Shown here piece after piece: positions 1 through 8,293 of a stretch of DNA of 64,000 nt. Position 1 is the stretch's first letter, and each line of letters opens with the position of its first letter. Under the pieces are notes generated by a model. That model worked only from the letters and a program-made list of their open reading frames with translations. It was not told the DNA's origin and searched no databases. The DNA comes from an uncultured delta proteobacterium (GTDB lineage: Bacteria; Desulfobacterota; Binatia; Binatales; Binataceae). The stretch is from positions 909,970 to 973,969 of the forward strand of contig CAVOUW010000002.1 in NCBI GenBank assembly GCA_963699705.1, written 5' to 3'. The position numbers were made by a program, and so were the translations under genes.

Positions 1-390
1 GTGCTGCTGTGGTCGCCAACCGGATGGCCGCTGTCGATCATCGTACTTGTCGCGAGCATTATGATCCCAAGCGCAAAGATTCTCGCACTAGGATATCTCC
101 TTATTACCACCCAGCGCGGATCCGTTGCGAACAACGAACAGCGGATACGTATGTACAGGATGGTTGAATTCATCGGACGCTGGTCGATGGTCGACGTATT
201 TGTCGATACCTTCACCGCGGCGTTGATACAGCTTCAGCCGCTTATGTCAGTGGAACCAGGACCGGGCCTGATCTTCTTCGCGGCAGTGGTAGTGTTCACG
301 ATGCTGGCGGTCGAAGCGTTCGATCCGCGGCTGATCTGGGATTCGTTCAGCTCGCAAGAGACTGGCTCGAAAGAGGTTACATATGCCTGA
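1..390 (+). CDS. pqiA: PqiA-family integral membrane protein (paraquat-inducible protein A), C-terminal part; the gene starts upstream of the window
   Basis: Frame is open from the window edge; hydrophobic PqiA-like sequence; its stop overlaps the start of the MCE protein (ATGcctGA), the classic pqiA-pqiB arrangement. Confidence 0.75.
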   Translation: MLLWSPTGWPLSIIVLVASIMIPSAKILALGYLLITTQRGSVANNEQRIRMYRMVEFIGRWSMVDVFVDTFTAALIQLQPLMSVEPGPGLIFFAAVVVFTMLAVEAFDPRLIWDSFSSQETGSKEVTYA

Positions 391-1972
391 TCGCGAACCA
401 CCGCGTTCGTCAATACCTGAATCGAGAAACGTGCCTAAGAAGCGCACGCGACTTTCGCTCGTTTGGTTCATTCCGATCCTTGCAGCAGTCGTGGGCGCAT
501 GGGTGGCAGTGACTCGAGTTCTAAGTGAAGGGCCCAAGATAACTATAGTCATGAAGTCGGCCGAAGGACTCGAGGCCGGAAAGACCAAGATCCACTACAA
601 CGGGGTCGATATTGGGACCGTCAGCAATATAGAACTATCGCCGGATCATCAAAGCGTGATCTTAAAAGCGCAGATGGCGCCTAAGACGGAAGAATTTCTC
701 GTCCAAGATACAAAGTTCTGGGTCGTGCGGCCGCGAATATCGGGCGCGAACGTCACCGGGCTTGGCACTCTCATTTCCGGTGCCTACATAGGTGTAGAAA
801 TAGGATCTTCACAGGAAAGCCAGCGCAACTTTGTAGCGCTTGAAACGCCGCCGGTGATAACCGGGGAGATGCCAGGACGCTTTTTTGTCTTGAAGACCCC
901 TGACCTGGGCTCGCTCGACACTGGTACACCGATTTACTTCAGGCGGTTACAGGTCGGTCAGATCGCGTCCTATTCGCTGGACAAGGATGGCAAGAATCTT
1001 ACGATCAAGGCTTTCGTGCAAGCTCCCTACGACCAGTACGTCAACCCTAACACCCGCTTCTGGCATGCGAGCGGGATCGACGTGTCGCTTGGGGCCAGCG
1101 GCCTCAGCGTGCAGACCCAGTCGGTGTTGTCGATTCTTATAGGTGGGGTCGCTTTCGAGACCGCGGCGACCGCGCTGGTCTTACCGCCATCCGATGAGAA
1201 TGCAGTATTTACGCTGTACAGCAACCGGACCGAGGCTTTCAATCCGCCTCCGCGCAATCCGCAGACCTACCAGCTGATATTCAAGGACTCGGTCCGTGGG
1301 CTGACGCCGGGAGCTCCGGTCGAGTTCCGCGGCATTACGATCGGCGAAGTTTCAGACATAAGTGCGCAAATCGACCTCAAGACATTTCAATTCTCGGCGC
1401 CGGTGACGATTAGTCTGGACCCACGAAGACTCGGAGTCAAAATTCTTGATCTGGGACCTGGAGTGAACCTGGAGACCATGCGTCGGAAGTTAATCGATAC
1501 TTTGGTGGCGCATGGAGTCCGCGCGCAGCTTAAGACCGGAAACCTCCTTACAGGATCCGCGTATGTGTCGCTCGACTTCTTCCCCGGATCGCCGCCGGTA
1601 ACGGTGGACTGGTCACAGACGCCAGTGCAACTCCCGACCACGTCGGGCCAGTTCGAGGCCACCGAGGCGACCGTGGAGAACATCATTAAGAAGCTCGACA
1701 AGGTTCCGTTCCAGGAAATAGGAGAAGACCTACAAAAGGCGATAGCTCAACTGAATACGACTTTGGTGAGTGCGCAAGGCACGTTGAATAGCGCGCGCGG
1801 CACGCTCGACAATACCAGCCTGCTCACCGAGCCGAATTCTTCGCAGGTGCAGCAGATAGGCAGTACTCTGCAGGAGGTGAGCCGCGCCGCGCGATCGTTG
1901 CGCGTGCTGGCAGACTATCTCGAGCGCCATCCCGACGCGCTCTTACGAGGCAAGCCGGGGGAGGCGAAGTGA
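383..1972 (+). CDS. pqiB: PqiB / MlaD-MCE domain intermembrane transport protein
   Basis: 529 aa; N-terminal TM helix followed by repeated MCE-like segments; RBS aagagg upstream of ATG 383; overlaps the pqiA stop. Confidence 0.85.
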   Translation: MPDREPPRSSIPESRNVPKKRTRLSLVWFIPILAAVVGAWVAVTRVLSEGPKITIVMKSAEGLEAGKTKIHYNGVDIGTVSNIELSPDHQSVILKAQMAPKTEEFLVQDTKFWVVRPRISGANVTGLGTLISGAYIGVEIGSSQESQRNFVALETPPVITGEMPGRFFVLKTPDLGSLDTGTPIYFRRLQVGQIASYSLDKDGKNLTIKAFVQAPYDQYVNPNTRFWHASGIDVSLGASGLSVQTQSVLSILIGGVAFETAATALVLPPSDENAVFTLYSNRTEAFNPPPRNPQTYQLIFKDSVRGLTPGAPVEFRGITIGEVSDISAQIDLKTFQFSAPVTISLDPRRLGVKILDLGPGVNLETMRRKLIDTLVAHGVRAQLKTGNLLTGSAYVSLDFFPGSPPVTVDWSQTPVQLPTTSGQFEATEATVENIIKKLDKVPFQEIGEDLQKAIAQLNTTLVSAQGTLNSARGTLDNTSLLTEPNSSQVQQIGSTLQEVSRAARSLRVLADYLERHPDALLRGKPGEAK

Positions 1973-2562
1973 TGGCACGACGTATAGCGCAACTGATCTC
2001 GAGCGCGATGGTGATGGTGATAGCTGTTGGATGCAGTACGACGCCATCGCGGTTCTATTCATTAGCTTCGACGTCCACGGCGGACAGGACGCCGCCTACA
2101 AGTGCCGCCGTAATGGTAGGCCCGGTAACTATACCTGCGGCGGTGGATCAGCCTGAATTCGTGGTGCAGGTCGCGCCTAACCGGGTCGAGGTCAACGAGT
2201 TCAATCGATGGGTTTCGCCACTGAGTGATTCGATAGCGCGCGCCGTCGCCGGAGATCTCGTGGTTTTGCTGGGAACGCCGGAAGTAGCGAATTCACAGTT
2301 AGCTAACTTCGTTCCGGATTACAGAGTCACGATCGACGTGCAGCGCTTCGAGTCGATACAGGGACAAGCGGCCGTCGTGGAAGCAGTGTGGACAGTGCGC
2401 AAGACCGCGGGCGGGGAAATCCGCTCGGGCCGCACGGTCGCGCGCGAACCCGTCCAAGGTCAAGGCTTCGACGCGCTTGCAGCCGCGCACAGTCAAGCGA
2501 TAGCACAAATGAGCGGCGATATCGCATCAGCGATACGCGCCGAAGCCGAGCAGAAATCTTAA
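1969..2562 (+). CDS. pqiC: PqiC-like ABC-transport auxiliary lipoprotein (DUF330 family)
   Basis: 197 aa; lipoprotein signal (…VIAVGCSTT); start overlaps the pqiB stop (GTGATG); third gene of the pqi operon. Confidence 0.65.
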   Translation: MMARRIAQLISSAMVMVIAVGCSTTPSRFYSLASTSTADRTPPTSAAVMVGPVTIPAAVDQPEFVVQVAPNRVEVNEFNRWVSPLSDSIARAVAGDLVVLLGTPEVANSQLANFVPDYRVTIDVQRFESIQGQAAVVEAVWTVRKTAGGEIRSGRTVAREPVQGQGFDALAAAHSQAIAQMSGDIASAIRAEAEQKS

Positions 2563-2651
2563 AGGTATCTTGTAATCCCTTTATCCGAGGCGAAGGACAA
2601 AATGATCCGATGAGCTGTATAAAGCTTCTATCGCGGCCTAAGGGCCGATCC

Positions 2652-4161
2652 ATGCCGTTGATACTTGTCGCGGCGGTGCTGGTGTCCACATCGCCAATGG
2701 TCACTGGTTGCTCGCGCGGCGAGGACCAACCTGCTGCTGCGCCGTCGGCACAAGTAGAACCTAGCGTCGCCGCGACTCCGCCGCCGGCTGCTCCTCCGCC
2801 TGCCGCAGCAATTGAACCAGGTCCGCCCCCCGGCGGTGCAACTGCGCAGGAATTGCAGGAACTGGTCTCGCCGATCGCGCTATACCCTGACGTGCTGGTG
2901 GCGCAGATCCTGGCGGGTTCAACTTATCCGACCCAGGTGGTGGAAGCCGATCGTTGGCTGAAGGATAACCCGAATCTGACCGGCGATCAGTTGGCGAGCC
3001 AGGTGAATCAACAACCATGGGATCCCAGCATCAAGTCATTGACTCAGTTCCCAACTGTCTTGAACACGATGAACGACAGTCTTGCGTGGACCTCGTCGCT
3101 GGGCGAGGCTTACTACAATCAGCCTGCCGACGTGATGAATGCTATCCAGGTGCTACGCAACATGGCTATGGCGGCTGGAACTCTGAAATCCACCGACGCA
3201 GCAGAAAGTTGAGGTTCAGCCGGCGCCTCCTGCGACTCAAGGTAGTGCGCAACCGTCGGTGCAGCAGACGGTTATCATCCAACCGGCTCAGCCGAATACG
3301 GTTTATGTCCCTCAGTACAATCCGACTACTGCCTATGGAGCACCAGTTCCAGCTCCTGCGGGATATTCGGGGAGTGATCTGCTTCTGACAGGTGTCTTGT
3401 CGTTTGGAGCGGGAATTTTGCTTGGGTCGTTGATTAACAACGGCAACAATAACTGGGGCTGCAATTGGTATGGGGGCGGCGGCCATAGCAGCTCGGTTAA
3501 GTACAACAACAACGTTTACGTGACGAACAACAATGTGTATCCGGGTCGGCCTCCTGCCTACCGGCCGCCCAATGGGGGATACCCGCGTCCGGGATATCCG
3601 CCACGACCGGTACCTTATCCGGCCACCAGGCCAGCCTACAATGGAGGCGTCGCTAACAATCGTCCGGACAATCCTGCAATTCCCGCGACCCGTCCTTACG
3701 ACAAAAAGACCGCAAGGCCGGCCAATCCGGATATCGGCAAACCTAATTTTCCCAAGGCGAGCACGCTTCCTAACAATCCAGGCGGTTCCAATATGAACAG
3801 GAAGGAGGTCGGGAAGAATCGACCCAATCAGCCTGCCAATCCCGTCGCTGGAAATCGTCCCACCAATCCTGTTGCTGAAAATCGGCCTGCAACCAGGCCC
3901 GCTAATCGCGCAGCAGATCCAGCCCGGGGTTTCGCGAAGGATAATGGCAGCACGGGTGGCCGAAATAGCGCCTTAGGTGGATATGAGCCTGGCGGAAATG
4001 CGCGGGCGTCCAGCGATCGCGGGCAGTCGAGCTTCAAGGGAAATCAAAAGCCCGCCGGCGGCCGCGGGAATGGTGGCGGCGGCGGTAATGCGAATCGCGT
4101 CGGCGGTGGCGGGAATGGCGGAGGTGGCGCAAATCGTGGCGGCGGGAAAAAGCGCAAGTGA
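2652..4161 (+). pseudogene. DUF3300-family secreted lipoprotein, interrupted by a +1 frame disruption near 3187-3212 (or an assembly indel); frame 0 covers 2652..3212, frame 1 covers 3187..4161
   Basis: Lipoprotein signal MPLILVAAVLVSTSPMVTGC at 2652. The DUF3300-like core (IALYPDVLVAQILAGSTYP…) ends at TGA 3210, while frame +1 is open from 3187 and continues with the typical DUF3300 C-terminal (QQTVIIQPAQPNTVYVPQYNP…) and a Gly/Asn/Arg-rich low-complexity tail. Confidence 0.5.
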
Positions 4162-4170
4162 GGACTTCCG

Positions 4171-5124
4171 ATGTTGAATGAAATGACTACTTCCAGACTC
4201 CGAGTCGCGCATACCCTTTCAATCCTGCTACTGGCGTGGGTGTTTGTGACACCGCTTGCGTCGGCGGATGACAGTGGCGCGCAGCAAGTGTTTCCGACGC
4301 CGATCGCTGCAATCAGCGCGCTAGTTGCGGCTGACAAGGCGGATGACGTGAAAGCACTCAGCACAATACTCGGTCCGGACTCGGATCAAATTCTCTCGTC
4401 GGGAGATCCAGTAGCCGACAAGAACGCGCGCGACGAATTCGTGCGCCGCTACAATGAGATGCATCGGCTCGCCTACGACGAGAAGGGTCGCGTCATCCTT
4501 TATATCGGCGCCAATAACTGGCCGGTACCTATCCCATTGGTGAAGAAGAATAGCGGCTGGGTATTCGACACGGCGGCCGGCAAAGACGAATTACTGTTCA
4601 GACGAATAGGCCGAAACGAATTGTTCACGATCAAAGTTCTTGAAGACCTGGCTGACGCCCAATCGGAGTATGCGAGCGGTACGCATGACGGTGGAAGCGA
4701 GGGCGAGTTTGCGCAGAAAATCCTGAGCGATTCGGGCAAGCAGAATGGTCTTTATTGGGAAACCGCAGAGGGTCAGCCTGAGAGTCCGATAGGGCCACTC
4801 GTCGCGAAAGCAAGCGCAGAGGGCTACAAGAAAGACAATGGCGACAATCCTATTCCTTTTCACGGCTACTACTACAAGATATTGACAGGGCAGGGCAGGA
4901 ACGCTTCGGGCGGTGCGAAGAAGTACCTGGTGGATGGCAAGATGACGAATGGATTCGCGTTTCTGGCCTATCCTGCTGAGTATCGCGCTTCGGGAGTTAT
5001 GACATTCATGATCAACCAGGACGGGATCATCGTTCAGAAGGATCTCGGATCTGACACGGCAAAGTTGGCGAGTGCTATGACTGACTATAATCCCGATAAG
5101 ACCTGGGAGGAAGTGGACGAGTAG
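4171..5124 (+). CDS. DUF2950-family secreted protein; DUF2950 is a frequent genomic partner of DUF3300
   Basis: 317 aa; signal peptide; conserved C-terminal block PFHGYYYKIL…GFAFLAYPAEYRASGVMTFMINQDG typical of DUF2950. Confidence 0.7.
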   Translation: MLNEMTTSRLRVAHTLSILLLAWVFVTPLASADDSGAQQVFPTPIAAISALVAADKADDVKALSTILGPDSDQILSSGDPVADKNARDEFVRRYNEMHRLAYDEKGRVILYIGANNWPVPIPLVKKNSGWVFDTAAGKDELLFRRIGRNELFTIKVLEDLADAQSEYASGTHDGGSEGEFAQKILSDSGKQNGLYWETAEGQPESPIGPLVAKASAEGYKKDNGDNPIPFHGYYYKILTGQGRNASGGAKKYLVDGKMTNGFAFLAYPAEYRASGVMTFMINQDGIIVQKDLGSDTAKLASAMTDYNPDKTWEEVDE

Positions 5125-5134
5125 GCCCGAAACG

Positions 5135-5950
5135 ATGGCGGCCCGAGCAAAGTCATCAGTCGAGACAAGGTTTCTCGGCCAAATTCGAGAGGAAGTCCAT
5201 GCTCGATTCGGCCCGCACAGGCATAGTGCACTGCTCCTGGCGCTCATCACAGCGTTCGGGGTGCGCGCCGTAATCGGCGAAGAAGGAGCGGGTTTCATAC
5301 TATTCAGTATTGCGCTCGTTTTTCTTCTGCTGGTGGCGCTGTACAACATTAACGTCGATGAGTTGGTCGGTGAAAGAGGTGTATTGCTGACCCAGGCGAG
5401 GCACCGCCGACTATTGGGTTGGATACTAGCAGCCGCAGCCGGAACAGAACGAATAGCGATCATCATCGCGCCCGGCCCGACGGTCGACTTCATCGGTACT
5501 GTCTGCTGGCTGCTATTCGTCGTATTTGTCACGTTCAGCCAGTTGCGCAGCGTTCTAAGGCAGCGAGAGGTGACCGGAGAAACCATTTGTATGGCGGTGT
5601 CGGTGTACCTGCTAATGGGCTTTTGCTGGGCTCTTCTGTACGCCATCATATACCAGCGGCATCCGGAGTCTTTTGCTGGTATCGTAGCCGCAGGCTCCAT
5701 CCAGTCGACCCACTTTCAACACATTTTCCCTGTTTTCGGCTATTTTAGCCTGACTACTCTCTCAACGGTCGGATTTGGTGACATAACTCCGATAACTCTG
5801 CAGGCCCGTTATGCTGCGGTGGCCGAAGGCATCACGGGACAGTTCTACCTGGCGATATTAGTTGCGCGCCTGGTGGGAATGCAGATGACGCAGTCTCCGA
5901 CTCAGAACGCGAAACAGGAAGCCTCCGAGTCCGATACAGAAACTAAATGA
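5135..5950 (+). CDS. Two-TM potassium channel family protein (ion_trans_2)
   Basis: Selectivity-filter-like TVGFGDITP; multiple TM helices. Confidence 0.7.
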   Translation: MAARAKSSVETRFLGQIREEVHARFGPHRHSALLLALITAFGVRAVIGEEGAGFILFSIALVFLLLVALYNINVDELVGERGVLLTQARHRRLLGWILAAAAGTERIAIIIAPGPTVDFIGTVCWLLFVVFVTFSQLRSVLRQREVTGETICMAVSVYLLMGFCWALLYAIIYQRHPESFAGIVAAGSIQSTHFQHIFPVFGYFSLTTLSTVGFGDITPITLQARYAAVAEGITGQFYLAILVARLVGMQMTQSPTQNAKQEASESDTETK

Positions 5951-6795
5951 GTGGCAATGCTATAGCTTTGCTGATCACCTTGCTGCTGGGTGCGTGCATA
6001 GCAGCGAGCGTTGCGCAGGCTGATAGCGGGACCGCCACTACTCCTAGCCAATCGGAACTCGTCAATCAGGCGAATGCGCCTATTTCGAGTATCTTCCAAA
6101 TTCGGCTGCAGGACGCATACGCGCCCGCGTTTCAGGGCGCATTGCGCGGTCAGGGTAATTTCTTTTCGATTGCCATAGGTATGCCTCTACCGCAGTATCG
6201 GCTGCTGCCATTTCCGCAGTTGTCACTGTTGACGATACCAGCGGCGGTAACACTTCCTCTTCCCGATCCAATTGGTACAGTGACTGGATTCGGCGACATT
6301 CGCTTCGTCGATCTCGCAATACTTGATGCGGGACACAGCTTACTGTTAGGAATCGGACCTACATTCGTATTTCCCACTGCCGGCGATGTCACTAGCGGGC
6401 AAGGGAAATGGCAGGCGGGACCTGCGGCCGCTGCGGCGTTTGCACCGCGCAATTGGCTGTTCGGAGTGCTCGCCCAAAATCCAATCTCGTTTGCGGGTGA
6501 TACGACTCGGCCAGAGGCGAACGCTTTGTTTCTTCAACCGTTTATTACCTACCAGCTCGGCCACGGATGGTTCATCAGATCCGAACCGCAAATGATTTTC
6601 GACTGGGAGACCAACAAGCAGCAGTTGCCGATCGACCTGGGAATTGGGCGCGTTTTCAAAATAGGACCTCAGTATGTAAATAGTTTCGTCGAACCGGCCT
6701 GGAACGTGTCGGCTGACGGACCGGCTCCGAGGTACGCGATAACATTTGGATTTGCGTTGCTCTATCCTAATTTCTGGGGCTCGAAGGCGCGCTAG
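5947..6795 (+). CDS. Outer-membrane beta-barrel protein (MetA-pathway / transporter-like family); paralog of 18350..19237
   Basis: Signal peptide; C-terminal aromatic-rich end; alternating amphipathic strands; about 35% similar to the second copy (GKWQAGPA… / LQPFITYQLGHGWFIRSEP). Confidence 0.55.
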   Translation: MSGNAIALLITLLLGACIAASVAQADSGTATTPSQSELVNQANAPISSIFQIRLQDAYAPAFQGALRGQGNFFSIAIGMPLPQYRLLPFPQLSLLTIPAAVTLPLPDPIGTVTGFGDIRFVDLAILDAGHSLLLGIGPTFVFPTAGDVTSGQGKWQAGPAAAAAFAPRNWLFGVLAQNPISFAGDTTRPEANALFLQPFITYQLGHGWFIRSEPQMIFDWETNKQQLPIDLGIGRVFKIGPQYVNSFVEPAWNVSADGPAPRYAITFGFALLYPNFWGSKAR

Positions 6796-6819
6796 CTCTA
6801 GAGGCTAAAGGAAGCACCA

Positions 6820-7575
6820 GTGAATCCATTCGAAGTCGGTTGCATCGTGCTTGCGTGCGTCTTTGGAGGCGCGATGCTCGGGATGGCTATTCACACGCGT
6901 CTACCCGAGCAACATCTGAACACGGAATCGAAGGATGTAATCAAGCTTGGGATGGGACTGATTGCGACTATGTCAGCCCTGGTCCTTGCTCTGCTCACTA
7001 ACTCGGCAAAGGGTTCTTACGACACGCAGAGAAATGAAGTGACGCAAGTGTCCGCCAATGTCATCCTGCTCGACCGCGTGCTGGCGCATTATGGACCCGA
7101 AACGAAGGAAGCTCGCGATCTTCTCAAGTTTTCCACTGCCGGCATGATCGACCGCATCTGGCCTAATGACTTTGTCCAAGCTGCGAAGTTGGGGCCTACC
7201 TCGACGAGCGGCGAATTATTCTTCGATAAGATCCAGGAACTCACACCAAAGGACGAAGTTCAGCATTCGCTTCAGGCCCAGGCTCTTAGTTTGAGCATAG
7301 GGATTGGGCAGGCGCGCTTGTTGCTGTTCGAGCAGGGCGGGCGCTCGATCCCGATGCCGTTTCTTGTGCTATTAATTTTCTGGGTGACGATTATTTTTCT
7401 CAGCTTCGGCCTCTTTGCCCCGCGCAACGCGACCGTGATCGCGACTCTATTCTTGTGTGCCTTGTCGGTTGCCGGCGCGATCTTCCTGATCATGGAGCTG
7501 GACCGGCCATTCGGGGGAGTGATTCAGATCTCGAGTGCTCCGCTGCGTAACGCTATAGCCAGTATTGGAAAGTAG
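6820..7575 (+). CDS. Hypothetical membrane protein (DUF4239-like topology)
   Basis: 251 aa ORF with TM helices at both ends; GTG start. Confidence 0.45.
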   Translation: MNPFEVGCIVLACVFGGAMLGMAIHTRLPEQHLNTESKDVIKLGMGLIATMSALVLALLTNSAKGSYDTQRNEVTQVSANVILLDRVLAHYGPETKEARDLLKFSTAGMIDRIWPNDFVQAAKLGPTSTSGELFFDKIQELTPKDEVQHSLQAQALSLSIGIGQARLLLFEQGGRSIPMPFLVLLIFWVTIIFLSFGLFAPRNATVIATLFLCALSVAGAIFLIMELDRPFGGVIQISSAPLRNAIASIGK

Positions 7576-7576
7576 C

Positions 7577-8095
7577 ATGAGTGCGGTACCGCAAGGCCTC
7601 GTGGCGACCGGGAAGTGGCTGCATCGCGAGTTCGCTGCAGCCCGCCCCGTATTTATCTTCTTCCTGGTCGCATTCCTGCTCCAGTTGACCATCATCAAGC
7701 TGGCGGTCGCGCAATTTTCGATTCCAATAACTGCATTTTCCAAAGCTATAGTCGGTGCGCTGTTAGCGGCCAAGGCAGTCCTGATACTTGATGAGACCCG
7801 AATCGGAAAAAGCCTCGAGCACTATCGGAGAGTTGTCGCGGTAGCCGTCAAGACACTTCTGTACGGATTGGGAACGTTGCTGCTCGGCTACCTCGAACGA
7901 TTCCTGGAAGCCTTGCATAGAGATGGTTCATTCGATGGGGCTCTCCGGGACATGATCGAGCAGGCAAATGTGTATCGGATCTTCGCCTGGGTACTCGGAG
8001 TGACTCTCATTTTCGCGATTTATTTCGTGTTTTCAGAGATCAACGATTACATGGGCAAAGGCGCTCTTTGGTCTCTTTTTTTTAAACGGCGATAA
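7577..8095 (+). CDS. Hypothetical small integral membrane protein
   Basis: ATG at 7577 overlaps the preceding stop; 3-4 predicted TM helices. Confidence 0.45.
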   Translation: MSAVPQGLVATGKWLHREFAAARPVFIFFLVAFLLQLTIIKLAVAQFSIPITAFSKAIVGALLAAKAVLILDETRIGKSLEHYRRVVAVAVKTLLYGLGTLLLGYLERFLEALHRDGSFDGALRDMIEQANVYRIFAWVLGVTLIFAIYFVFSEINDYMGKGALWSLFFKRR

Positions 8096-8293
8096 TGCAT
8101 GTAGAACTGCGAGACGGTAACAGTCTCAACGCCAAGCGCGCGCTTCGTTGCATCGATCTTCCATGCGGTAGCGCTTGAATCGTGGCGGTTCGAGGATTTT
8201 TTTGTACTTTCCGTTGCTTTTGGGGTGGCGTTCGGCGTTTTTGGATGGTAAAAGATCTTCGCTCTATGAATTATTTCGGGGGACAAACACAAG

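Noticed and set aside
2388-2651. An N-terminal extension of the DUF3300 ORF back to 2388, overlapping pqiC
   Set aside because: The extension is Arg-rich, overlaps the pqiC 3' end and precedes a clear lipoprotein signal that starts at ATG 2652.
4591-5700. Long antisense or overlapping ORFs, for example 4591-5700(-), 23241-24755(-), 31295-32629(-), 37423-39645(+), 37715-38770(+), 60400-61899(-) and 8047-8769(-)
   Set aside because: They overlap well-supported genes on the opposite strand or frame, have Arg/Ala/Pro-rich compositions typical of GC-rich off-frames, and lack recognisable domains or RBS.
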